Below are positions 29,313-38,154 of a stretch of DNA of 64,000 bases, one piece after another (the first letter of the stretch is position 1; each line of letters opens with the position of its first letter). The translations under genes and the position numbers were made by a program. The notes under the pieces are model-generated. The model searched no databases. It saw nothing but the letters and a program-made list of their open reading frames with translations, and had not been told where the DNA came from. The DNA comes from Planctomycetota bacterium (GTDB lineage: Bacteria; Planctomycetota; UBA1135), in contig QQUA01000023.1 of the NCBI GenBank assembly GCA_008501825.1, positions 397,994 through 461,993 on the forward strand, written 5' to 3'.

Positions 29313-30490
29313 CCGCCAGGCCCCGGGTGCTGGTCACCGATATGGAATTGGCCTGTTCCCTAGGCAAGGGAGTGGACCAGGTCTGGCCGGCCCTGCTTGC
29401 CGGCCGGGAAGCCATCGGCCCGATCTCGAAATTTGATACTTCCGCCTTTCGCGTCGGTCTTTCCGCCGAAGCCAAAGAAATGGCTTGCATGACCGATTTC
29501 GAAGCCGCTCGATACAGCCTGGAACCGCTGCTTCAAAGGCAAGGCGCCTCTTCTTTTGCCGGCCCCCATTGCGGCTTGGTCCTGGGCATGCTCGGCGGCG
29601 ACTACTGGCCCATGGAGCGACGAATCTTGGCCAACCCGGAGGATCGAACCACCGGCATGACCCAAGAAATCTCCGAGATCTTTCCCCCTCACCAAGCCGC
29701 CGCGACCTTGGCTACGAAATTGGCAGTGGAAGGTCCGGTCACCACGGTGGCCGCCGCCTGCGCCTCCGGAAACCATGCCCTGAGTTTGGCCGGCGATTGG
29801 ATTCGGGAAGGTCGGGTGGATCGGGTCTTGGCCGGAGGCGTAAACGTGCTTTCGGTGCCTTGTTTCGCCCATTTCCATGGCATCCGGCTATTGGCCAAAG
29901 AACATTGCCGGCCCTTCGACAAAAATCGAGACGGTTTGGTGGCTGGCACCGGATCCGCTTGGATCCTGCTGGAATCGGAATCGGCGGCCAAAGCCCGAGG
30001 AGCGGAAGTCCTGGCTGAATTCGTGGGCTGGGGTCATTCCTGCGACGCTCATACAGTGACCGCCCCCCATCCGGAAGCCCGGGGCGCCATCGATTCGATC
30101 CAAGCTTGTTTGGCCGACGGTCGCATAGCCGCCGACCAAATCGATTACGTCAGCGCCCATGGCACCGGCACCGGCACCAATGACCGCACCGAAAGCAAAG
30201 CCCTTTATCACGTTTTCGGTTCCAGAGCAGCCACCCTGCCCATGAGTTCGATCAAATCCATGATCGGCCACACGATGGGGGCTTCCGCCGTGATCGAAGC
30301 CATTGCTTGCATCCAAGCCATCCGTACCGGTCAACTTCCTCCTACCGCCAACTTCGAACAAGCCGATCCGGAGTGCCCGGTGAACTGCCTGCCGAATCAA
30401 GCCGGGGAAGCCAAAGTTCGCTACGCCTTGAATGCCTCGTACGGTTTCGGCGGCAATAACTCCATAACCCTTTTCGGGCCCACTCCATGA
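29309..30490 (+). CDS. Beta-ketoacyl-ACP synthase (KS), catalytically intact, second copy
   Basis: The TTG start overlaps the rSAM stop. Triad motifs are AAACASGNHAL, SAHGTGTGTND and KSMIGHTMGASA. Confidence 0.85.
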   Translation: MTARPRVLVTDMELACSLGKGVDQVWPALLAGREAIGPISKFDTSAFRVGLSAEAKEMACMTDFEAARYSLEPLLQRQGASSFAGPHCGLVLGMLGGDYWPMERRILANPEDRTTGMTQEISEIFPPHQAAATLATKLAVEGPVTTVAAACASGNHALSLAGDWIREGRVDRVLAGGVNVLSVPCFAHFHGIRLLAKEHCRPFDKNRDGLVAGTGSAWILLESESAAKARGAEVLAEFVGWGHSCDAHTVTAPHPEARGAIDSIQACLADGRIAADQIDYVSAHGTGTGTNDRTESKALYHVFGSRAATLPMSSIKSMIGHTMGASAVIEAIACIQAIRTGQLPPTANFEQADPECPVNCLPNQAGEAKVRYALNASYGFGGNNSITLFGPTP

Positions 30491-31485
30491 CTTCCCCCCA
30501 GGAAGTTTGGATCACCGGCTGCGGCGCCATCAGCCCTTGGGGAAGTGCTTGGCAGGATTTGCCCACCTTCGGCTCGAAAAGAGATCTACTGAAGCCGGAA
30601 GCGGGAAAGTTGCTGCGGATGGCCGAATACGACTCCAAGGGAATCTTAAATCGGCGAGGCCTTCGCTACTGCGGCTCCGGCACTTTGGCCCTGGCGTGCA
30701 GCAGCGTGTTGGCGGTTGAAGACGCGGATTGGCAGGATCAGGAAGGATTGGCCTTTTTTGCCGGCACCGGATTCGGCAACGTTTCGCCGATGTTCGACTT
30801 TCTCTACCGAGTCCTGAACGAAGGGCCGGCCCAAGTATTGCCGATGGCCTCTTTCGACGCGGCTTTGAACTCCCAGGCCAACTACGTCTCGGTATTTTTG
30901 GCGGCCAGACGCTTGAATCGTTGCTTCGTCGGCATGACCGCCGGTTTGGAAGCCGTCATCGATGCCATTCGCTGGATTCGAGCTGGATGGGCCCGTGGCG
31001 CGGTCGTGGGCGGAGTCGACACCATCAACGTGGATTTAGAAAGCTGGCTTCCCTTCCAGCCCGAAGAAAGCCGCAATGGAGTGAGTGAAGGCGCCTATTC
31101 CATTTTTCTGGAGTCGGCTGAATCCGCCCGCCAACGAGGCCGGACCGCGATCGCGGAAATTCGGGAGAGTGGCCTAGGCTTTCACCCGCCGGCCGGCCCG
31201 CCGCCGGATTTTTCGTTTTGGTTTTCAAAATTCGCCTCGGGTGAACCGTCGACCTACCGTTGGCTTTACTGTGGAAACGATTTGAATCAGGATTCCGAAG
31301 CTCAGTTTCTGCCTTTGACCCGCCTTTACGGCAACGCTCTCGGCGCCCGTGGTTTGGCAGGGGTACAAGTCGCCTGCCTGGAAGCAAGAGAAGGCGCTAC
31401 CCCAATTCAAGTATTCGATTCCCACCGCCAAGGCAATTACGCCGCGGTGACCGTGACTCCTCCGACCCCCAACTCGAAGTCATGA
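30487..31485 (+). CDS. Short KS-like protein without catalytic triad (second CLF-like partner)
   Basis: ATGA overlap at 30487. Length is 332 aa versus 393 aa for its KS neighbour. The Cys position reads FVGMTAGLEA (no Cys), and no HGTGT or GHT motifs are present. Confidence 0.7.
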   Translation: MTSPQEVWITGCGAISPWGSAWQDLPTFGSKRDLLKPEAGKLLRMAEYDSKGILNRRGLRYCGSGTLALACSSVLAVEDADWQDQEGLAFFAGTGFGNVSPMFDFLYRVLNEGPAQVLPMASFDAALNSQANYVSVFLAARRLNRCFVGMTAGLEAVIDAIRWIRAGWARGAVVGGVDTINVDLESWLPFQPEESRNGVSEGAYSIFLESAESARQRGRTAIAEIRESGLGFHPPAGPPPDFSFWFSKFASGEPSTYRWLYCGNDLNQDSEAQFLPLTRLYGNALGARGLAGVQVACLEAREGATPIQVFDSHRQGNYAAVTVTPPTPNSKS

Positions 31486-32237
31486 CCGCTTCTTCTTCCT
31501 GGCAAGATCAATGTGTTTTGGTTACCGGCGGCAGCCGCGGCATCGGCCGGGCCATCGTCGAACACCTGGTTCAGAAAGGCGCAAAAGTGGCCTTTACTTA
31601 TCAATCCCGTGCCGATGCCGCCGAAGCCTTGATCGCCGATTTGCAAACTGCACCGGGCCAAGCCATCGCCTTTGCTTGCGATAGCCGCGACTTCGACGCG
31701 GTCAAAGAAACCGTGAACCAAGCCAGAGAACAACTGGGCGGCCTCCACGGATTGGTGAACAACGCCGGCATCACTCGGGATCAAATTCTGATGATGATGA
31801 AAGCGGAACAGTGGCATGAAGTGATCGATACCAACTTGACCGGGGTTTTTCATTTCTGCAAAGCGGTGATCTTCTCCATGTTGAAGCAAAGACAGGGAAG
31901 AATCGTCAACGTCGGCTCGGTTTCCGGTTTGATTGGAAATCCAGGCCAGGTGAATTACTCCGCCGCCAAAGCCGGCATCATCGGCCTGAGTAAAGCCCTG
32001 GCCAAGGAAACCGCCAGCCGCGGCATCACCGTCAATGTGGTCGCCCCCGGCTTTATCGAAACCGACATGGTTGGGGACATCCAGGAGAAAACTCGAGAAA
32101 CGGTCCTCCAAATGATCCCGGTGGGCCGCTTTGGAGAAGCCTCGGAGGTCGCCTCGCTGGTGACCTATCTCCTTGGCCAAGAAGCAGCTTACATCACCGG
32201 CCAGGTATTTACCATCGACGGCGGCCTGGCAATTTAA
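31482..32237 (+). CDS. fabG: 3-oxoacyl-ACP reductase (SDR, FabG-like)
   Basis: ATG at 31482 overlaps the upstream stop (ATGA). Motifs are VLVTGGSRGIGRAIV (TGxxxGxG), NNAGI and YSAAKAG (YxxxK). Confidence 0.9.
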   Translation: MTASSSWQDQCVLVTGGSRGIGRAIVEHLVQKGAKVAFTYQSRADAAEALIADLQTAPGQAIAFACDSRDFDAVKETVNQAREQLGGLHGLVNNAGITRDQILMMMKAEQWHEVIDTNLTGVFHFCKAVIFSMLKQRQGRIVNVGSVSGLIGNPGQVNYSAAKAGIIGLSKALAKETASRGITVNVVAPGFIETDMVGDIQEKTRETVLQMIPVGRFGEASEVASLVTYLLGQEAAYITGQVFTIDGGLAI

Positions 32238-32412
32238 ATCACCTCTTAGACCAGTTCAGTTGAATATTTTGCCTCGGCTGAATCCTTCTTGCCTTCGCCG
32301 ATGGGGACTACTTTTTCGGAATTTCGTTCTATTGCAGTATTCTGAGAGTCCCCTGAAGCTGATCCCAAGAAGTGTCAGGGGAGCATCCCCTTCTCGTCGC
32401 AGTTCCCGTTCC

Positions 32413-33354
32413 ATGAAAACCATCCTCAAAATCAGCCTGGCCCTGTTGTTCACCGGGCCAGGATTCGCCCAAGTCGACCTTGGGCCCTTAAATCTTCCGA
32501 CCGAATTTACCCCACTTCCCTTCTATGAAGGATTCGAAGCGGCCGCCGGCCAAGTTCCGAACTACATGGCCTTGACCGAGTTGGACGCCGGTTCCTTGAC
32601 CCACGACAACGATGCATGGTGCAACATCGGCAATCGGGCGGCATGCTTGAACCCGCCGGTGGGCTCCTTCGCTTTGGAAATGGGATTGAATCCCAACTAC
32701 ACCAGCAACATCCATTATGTGCGCAACGCCATGGTGCTGGGCTTGGATGGCAGCCAATACAACGGTTCCTTCCGGATGGGTTTCATGGCCTACGACGGCG
32801 GAGAAGAAACTCATACCGTAGATGGTGTTTGGCTCAGCAACGACGGGGTGGATTGGTACCAGGCTTATGGTCCGTGGACCTCGCTCAGTGCGGTGTGGAC
32901 CGAATTGGAAGGGGTCGACTTGGCCGCTGCCGGAGTCAACCTACGCTCCCAGTTTTATTTGGCATTCGTGCAGGAAGACAATTACCCCTATTTCGACATC
33001 GACGGGGTTGGCATCGATGAAATCACCATCCCGGTACGCCCGAGCATCGAGAGTACACCTTTGACCGCCGGCGGCTACGGAGTCCTGACCTTGGATACGG
33101 ACATCCCCTATTCCACCGCCTACTTCATTGTCTCCAAAGTCGGCCTCGGCCAGATTCAACTCGGAAACGTGCTGTTTGATCTCGCCGGTCCGATTCACCG
33201 CATCGCCGCCCGCCCCACTGACAGCCAAGGCAACACCATGCTGGTTTATCTGGTGCCGGCCGATCTGTCCGGCAACACCCTTTACATCCAAGCGGCTATT
33301 GGAGATTGGCAGTACAGCCTTACCACCAAAGTACTTGCAGAGCCGGTTCAATAG
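32413..33354 (+). CDS. Secreted protein, MAM/jelly-roll-like N-domain + C-terminal beta module (paralogue 1 of 3)
   Basis: ATG at 32413 with signal peptide MKTILKISLALLFTGPGFA|QVDLGPLNLP. The family shares conserved blocks (FYEGFE, WCNIGNRAACLNP, SFALEMGL, DGVWLSNDGVDWYQ, YLAFVQEDNYPYFDIDGVGIDEITI). The ORF-track start at 32173 lies inside fabG. Confidence 0.7.
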   Translation: MKTILKISLALLFTGPGFAQVDLGPLNLPTEFTPLPFYEGFEAAAGQVPNYMALTELDAGSLTHDNDAWCNIGNRAACLNPPVGSFALEMGLNPNYTSNIHYVRNAMVLGLDGSQYNGSFRMGFMAYDGGEETHTVDGVWLSNDGVDWYQAYGPWTSLSAVWTELEGVDLAAAGVNLRSQFYLAFVQEDNYPYFDIDGVGIDEITIPVRPSIESTPLTAGGYGVLTLDTDIPYSTAYFIVSKVGLGQIQLGNVLFDLAGPIHRIAARPTDSQGNTMLVYLVPADLSGNTLYIQAAIGDWQYSLTTKVLAEPVQ

Positions 33355-33362
33355 CACCCTCA

Positions 33363-33400
33363 TCACCCCCGTTCTTTTTTCGGAGCGGGGGTGAATTTTT
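33363..33400 (+). terminator. Rho-independent terminator
   Basis: Stem TCACCCCCG / CGGGGGTGA (33363-33371 / 33386-33394), followed by ATTTTT. Confidence 0.6.
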
Positions 33401-33515
33401 ACCCAAAATTTCAAAATTACATCCGTATGGCGGTTAGGCTTGATTGTGCCTCGAAGCGCGATTCCAACCTCGAGGCATGGGCAATCCCCAGCCCAAACCC
33501 ATCGAATCCCCAAAA

Positions 33516-34457
33516 ATGAAAAAAATTCTGCCCCTTTTGGTGGCTTTGGCCGCCATTTCCGCCCCCGTTTCGGCTCAGACAGACCTTGGTCCCCTGAATT
33601 TACCTGCCGGGACCACCACCCTGCCGCTGTTCGAGGGCTTTGAAGTCGCCGCCGGTGTGATTCCGCCTTACATGGCGGTCACCGAGCTGGACGTCGCCAC
33701 CTTGCTCCCTGACCCGGAAGCCTGGTGCAACATTGGGCAAAAGGCTCCTTGCCTGAACCCTTTCAACGGCAGTTACGCCCTGGAAATGGGCTTGATTCCC
33801 GGCTCCACCAACTACCACGACGTTCGCAACGCCCTGGTCCTCGGCATCGACGGCACCGGTTACACCGGTTCCACCTCGATGGCCTTCCAGGTTTTTGACG
33901 AAGGCGAGGAAAGCGACGTAGTGGACGGCGTGTGGATCAGTAACGACGGCGTTGGCTGGTACCAGGTTTACGGCGATTGGACTTCGCTTCCGCAAGCTTG
34001 GACCTACGTCACCGGCGTGGACTTGGCCAGCACCCCGGTCGACATTACCGGCCAGTTCTATCTGGCTTTCGTGCAGGAAGACAACTTCCCCTACCTGGAC
34101 TTGGACGGCGTCGGCATTGACGACATCGCCATTCCCGGCCGCGCCCTGTTGACCTCCACCGCTTTGGCCGGTGGTGCCTACGCCACGGTCACCATCGACT
34201 CCACCACCGCCGGGGGTACCGCAACCTTGCTGGCCTCCTTCACCGGCTCTGGACCGAGCTTCTACGGCAACGTTCAGGTCGACTTGAGCCAACCGATCTT
34301 CACCATCGTCACCATTCCTACCGACGTCAACGGAGATGCGGTGCTCTCTTCCATCGTTCCGGCGAACCTGAGCGGGCGCACCATTTACCTGCAAGGCATC
34401 GTTTCGGACGGCATCAACAGCAACGTCACCACGCTGTTGGTCGATACCATTCTTTAA
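33516..34457 (+). CDS. Secreted MAM-like protein (paralogue 2 of 3)
   Basis: ATG at 33516 with signal peptide MKKILPLLVALAAISAPVSA|QTDLGPLNLP. It has the same conserved blocks as 32413..33354. Confidence 0.7.
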   Translation: MKKILPLLVALAAISAPVSAQTDLGPLNLPAGTTTLPLFEGFEVAAGVIPPYMAVTELDVATLLPDPEAWCNIGQKAPCLNPFNGSYALEMGLIPGSTNYHDVRNALVLGIDGTGYTGSTSMAFQVFDEGEESDVVDGVWISNDGVGWYQVYGDWTSLPQAWTYVTGVDLASTPVDITGQFYLAFVQEDNFPYLDLDGVGIDDIAIPGRALLTSTALAGGAYATVTIDSTTAGGTATLLASFTGSGPSFYGNVQVDLSQPIFTIVTIPTDVNGDAVLSSIVPANLSGRTIYLQGIVSDGINSNVTTLLVDTIL

Positions 34458-34474
34458 CGGAATTCCTTCCGCGT

Positions 34475-34505
34475 CGCCCCGTTCGCCTTGGCGGACGGGG
34501 CATTT
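34475..34505 (+). terminator. Rho-independent terminator
   Basis: Stem GCCCCGTTCGC / GCGGACGGGGC (one G-U pair) spans 34475-34500, followed by ATTTT. It overlaps the ORF-track start at 34488, which supports the ATG at 34593 as the real start. Confidence 0.6.
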
Positions 34506-34592
34506 TCCGTTTCCGGTCCAGTCGGCCGGCGAAGATCTCGGGATATACTGAATCGGCCCCTTCTCGCTTGGCTTTGCAAAGCTTCCCACACC

Positions 34593-35534
34593 ATGAAAAC
34601 CGCCCTCGTCCTGATTCTGGCCGGACTCGGTTTGAACCATAGCGCCGTTGCGCAAACCGACCTCGGCCCGCTGGATTTACCGAACGCCTTCGCTCCCCTT
34701 CCTTTTTTCGAGGGTTTCGAAACGGCTGCCGGCAACGTTCCGCCTTATATGGCGTTGACCAACTTGGACGGCCTGACCTTGCTGCCGGACGGAGAAGCCT
34801 GGTGTAACATCGGCAACCGAGCGGCTTGCTTGAATCCCTACAGCGGCTCCTATGCCCTGGAAATGGGATTGGAACCGAACTCCACCAACTATCATCTGGT
34901 TCGTAACGCCATGGTGTTGGGCTTGGACGGAAGCAGTCACGTCGGCACGTTCAGCTTGGCTTATTGGGGTTTCGACGGCGGCGAAGAATACAACGCCGTG
35001 GACGGCATCTGGGTCAGCGAAGACGGCTCCGGTTGGTACCAAGTCAGCGGCGCTTGGGACTTCCCCACCGGCTCGTGGACTTATGAAAACTTCGTCGACA
35101 TCACTGGAACGCCGGTCAACCTTCAAGATCGTTTTTATCTTGCCTTCGTTCAGGAAGACAACTTTCCCTATGCAAACGCCGACGGCATCGGTGTCGACGA
35201 TTTAGCCATTCCGGCCCGGCCGCAACTCACGGCTTCGCCTTTGATTGGCGGCCAGTTCGGGCTCCTCAGCCTGGATTCGACCCTGGCCAATGGCGACGCT
35301 CGTTTCCTGATGTCCTTCACCGGATCCGGACCGAGTCCCTATGGCCATTTGACCGTGGACTTGACCCCTCCGATTTGGAATTTGGCCACCGTACCGACCG
35401 ATCAATTCGGAGACGCATTTTTGGCCGACGTGGTTCCCTATGGATTCAGCGGCCGCACTTTGTTCCTGCAAGCCATTGTCAGCGACGGCATCATTTTCGA
35501 AATCACCACTCCTCTCATCGTGGTGGTGCAATGA
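34593..35534 (+). CDS. Secreted MAM-like protein (paralogue 3 of 3)
   Basis: ATG at 34593 with signal peptide MKTALVLILAGLGLNHSAVA|QTDLGPLDLP. It has the same conserved blocks as the other two. Confidence 0.7.
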   Translation: MKTALVLILAGLGLNHSAVAQTDLGPLDLPNAFAPLPFFEGFETAAGNVPPYMALTNLDGLTLLPDGEAWCNIGNRAACLNPYSGSYALEMGLEPNSTNYHLVRNAMVLGLDGSSHVGTFSLAYWGFDGGEEYNAVDGIWVSEDGSGWYQVSGAWDFPTGSWTYENFVDITGTPVNLQDRFYLAFVQEDNFPYANADGIGVDDLAIPARPQLTASPLIGGQFGLLSLDSTLANGDARFLMSFTGSGPSPYGHLTVDLTPPIWNLATVPTDQFGDAFLADVVPYGFSGRTLFLQAIVSDGIIFEITTPLIVVVQ

Positions 35535-35550
35535 ATCGAAAGCCGGCTTT

Positions 35551-36747
35551 TTAATCGAAGAAATCGGAATCGCCCTGGCAGTAATACCACTGGCGACCGT
35601 CGATGGCCCGCTCGGTCAGATCGGCGATGCCGACTTCTTCGGCTCGTTTGGTGGTTTCGGAAACGATGACGTGTTCCAAGGGCCGCCTTGCCGGCCGCCA
35701 TGGTTTTTGGGAAACCAAAAGCTCGGAAACCGAACCTAAAGATGGGGCGAATTGCAGGAAATCCGAGCCCTGCCGAATTCCCTCCGCTCCCGCGGCTTGC
35801 AATAGAGCGACTTCTACTTCCGGATCTTGGCCACTGAACATATCGATGACGGAAGTCAGACGAGCTTCCCCCATGTCGTCCTGCCGGTGACGGAGGACGG
35901 CAAAGCCTTGCAAGACTCCTTGTTTCCTGGCCGCCAATATGGTCGCTGGAACCGGACAATCAAAATATCGCCACTGCAACTCCCGGGCGTCTCGGCGTAA
36001 AAGAACTTGATAGCGATCTCGTTTCCGCAACCACAAGTCGTCAAACTCCGCCGTCATTTGCTGCACCGGCTCCACCGTCCAGCCGTCGTTGCGGGAGCGG
36101 AAAGGCCGGTGAAGCCCGGCGTCCAAAGCCCAACTCAAAGGCTTACCCAAAAAGCCCAAGCGGCTTCGAGCGGCAAGGCGCCAGGACAACCTGCGCTCAT
36201 AGGTGGTCAGCGCACACATTTCTCGATTGTCCGCCACCCAGGCACCGACCTTCAAGGCCGCTTCGCCGGCTCCCCCGCCTATACCGACCGGAATGCCCAT
36301 GGATTCCAAGTAGGCGAAACAAAAGCGCAGGAAGCCGATGTAGACCCGTCCTCCCCCCCGGTATTTCGGGTGGACCAGGGTCCGGCAAGCTTGAAAGCAC
36401 AACAATTCCTGCCCGTGAATATAAACAGGGCGAACGGTTCCCGGATAAAGTCCGATCAGTTCCTTGTCCTCGGAAAAGGCAGCCAGCACGTTGCTCAAAC
36501 CGGGATTGCGTTGAAAAAACCGCCAGTCCCAAATTTCTGCCGACGGCACCGGTTCACCGGCGAGACGATAAAGCCGGCGGGCTTTTTCCACCTCGTCCCG
36601 GCGTAACAAGCGCAAAGAAATACGCCCGGCTTTCCAAGTCAACGTCACCGATTGCCCTTTGGGCGGCTTCAAAAGCCTAACGTCTTCATCAGGCACGAAA
36701 CGAAGCGAATTGGAGTCCGAAAGCTGCAATTTTTCGGCAGAGCCCAT
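35551..36747 (-). CDS. GNAT-fold acyltransferase-like protein (398 aa), paralogue 1
   Basis: Carries a GNAT-like acyl-CoA-binding stretch, LVHPKYRGGGRVYIGFL. The conserved C-terminus is WYYCQGDSDFFD*. It is colinear with 36948..38144. The family assignment rests on motif resemblance only. Confidence 0.5.
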   Translation of the reverse strand: MGSAEKLQLSDSNSLRFVPDEDVRLLKPPKGQSVTLTWKAGRISLRLLRRDEVEKARRLYRLAGEPVPSAEIWDWRFFQRNPGLSNVLAAFSEDKELIGLYPGTVRPVYIHGQELLCFQACRTLVHPKYRGGGRVYIGFLRFCFAYLESMGIPVGIGGGAGEAALKVGAWVADNREMCALTTYERRLSWRLAARSRLGFLGKPLSWALDAGLHRPFRSRNDGWTVEPVQQMTAEFDDLWLRKRDRYQVLLRRDARELQWRYFDCPVPATILAARKQGVLQGFAVLRHRQDDMGEARLTSVIDMFSGQDPEVEVALLQAAGAEGIRQGSDFLQFAPSLGSVSELLVSQKPWRPARRPLEHVIVSETTKRAEEVGIADLTERAIDGRQWYYCQGDSDFFD

Positions 36748-36947
36748 GAATTCCCTGTACCCCTGACAAGAATGATCGTCCTTCCTACACCATACGTTTG
36801 AAAAGCGATCGGTTACAGGATGGCTCCGCGCCAGAGCGGGAAGAAGTCAAGTCTCCGGGGTAGGAATGATCGAAAAGATACAAAGGGATTTTCATTAGCT
36901 TCAGGATAGAACAATAGATAGGTCATCCCCCTTGGGGACAGTCTTTC

Positions 36948-38144
36948 TCAATCGTAAAAATCGGAATCTCCTTGACAGTAATACCAATGCTTCCCTTCCA
37001 CCGCCACCGAGACCACCTCGGACAGCCCAACTTCGGCGGAATGATCGGAGGTATGCCCAACGACTACGCTCTCCAACGGACGCTTCGCCGGTCGCCAGGG
37101 GCCCTGCTTCACCATAGTTTCGGCAACGGAACCGGGTACAGGAGCAAATTGCAAAAAATCTGTCCCCATGTGACGCCCTTCCGCTCCGGCGGCCCTCAAT
37201 AGAGCCATTTCCACCGCGGGATCTTGGCCGCTGAACATATCGATGACGCAACTCAGTTGCGCTTTCCCCATGTCGTCCTGGCGATGGCGAATCGCGGCAT
37301 AACCTTCCAATTCCCCACGCCGCTTGGCAACCAAAACCGTGGTGGCCACCGGGCAATCAAAGTAGCGCCATTTCAATTCGCGAGCATCCCTCCGCAACAA
37401 GACTCGATAATGATGGCGCTTTCGACGCCACAGCTCGTCGAACATCGGCCCGCTTTGATGAACGGTTTCCACTTGGATCTGGCCGTCGCGAAACAGTAAA
37501 TCTCGGTTTCCAAAGGCGTCGAAAAAGGCGGCAAAGCTGCCGCCGCCTCGGCCAAACCGTCTTTGCAAAGCCAATCGCCAGGAAAGCCGCCTTTCATAAG
37601 TCTGCAAGGTGCACATTTCCCGATTGTCCAATGCCCAGGCTCCCACCTTCAGGGCCGCCTTGCCGGCTCCGCCTCCAAAGCCGAAATGAATGCCGATGGA
37701 ATCGTTGCGTTGAAAACAAAACCGCAACAAAGCCAGATAAAGTCGACCACCGCCACGAAAATCCGGATGGATCAAGGTTCGGCACGCTTGGTAGCTCATC
37801 AAGTCCAAGCCGTCCACCCAAGCCGGCCTTACCGTTGCCGGATAAAGGGCCACTAATTGCCCTTCCCGATTGAATGCGGCCGGCACGTAGCTCAATTCCG
37901 GATTGCGGCTGAAAAACCGCCAATCCCACTGCCGGGGACTGGGTACGGGTTCTCCGGCTACGCGATACAACTCCAGGGCAGATTCGGTCTCCTCCCTTCT
38001 TAGCAGCCGAACAAAATAAGCTCCGACTTTTCGCTCGGTCAAAGGAGTCGAGCCAGAGGAAGGCTTCAATAAACGACGGTCCTCTTCCACTTGTTCCAAG
38101 GTAGGATCGGCATGAGAAGAGGGAAACTGCACCGTTGGATTCAA
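36948..38144 (-). CDS. GNAT-fold acyltransferase-like protein, paralogue 2 (start re-assigned to TTG 38144)
   Basis: The ORF-track ORF (to 38237) overlaps the upstream gene by 83 nt. A TTG at 38144-38142 gives 398 aa, the same length as paralogue 1. It also aligns EEDRRLLKP with EDVRLLKP at residues 21-28. Motif LIHPDFRGGGRLYLALL; C-terminus WYYCQGDSDFYD*. Confidence 0.5.
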   Translation of the reverse strand: MNPTVQFPSSHADPTLEQVEEDRRLLKPSSGSTPLTERKVGAYFVRLLRREETESALELYRVAGEPVPSPRQWDWRFFSRNPELSYVPAAFNREGQLVALYPATVRPAWVDGLDLMSYQACRTLIHPDFRGGGRLYLALLRFCFQRNDSIGIHFGFGGGAGKAALKVGAWALDNREMCTLQTYERRLSWRLALQRRFGRGGGSFAAFFDAFGNRDLLFRDGQIQVETVHQSGPMFDELWRRKRHHYRVLLRRDARELKWRYFDCPVATTVLVAKRRGELEGYAAIRHRQDDMGKAQLSCVIDMFSGQDPAVEMALLRAAGAEGRHMGTDFLQFAPVPGSVAETMVKQGPWRPAKRPLESVVVGHTSDHSAEVGLSEVVSVAVEGKHWYYCQGDSDFYD

Positions 38145-38154
38145 GGGAAAATGG

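Noticed and set aside
21737-32237. Calling the KS/rSAM/CrtI-like cluster a ladderane (anammox) biosynthesis cluster
   Set aside because: Only the gene-content resemblance can be seen. No orthology test was possible, no anammox marker genes are in the window, and the GC content appears far higher than I recall for anammox genomes. The idea is kept only as an analogy in the finding.
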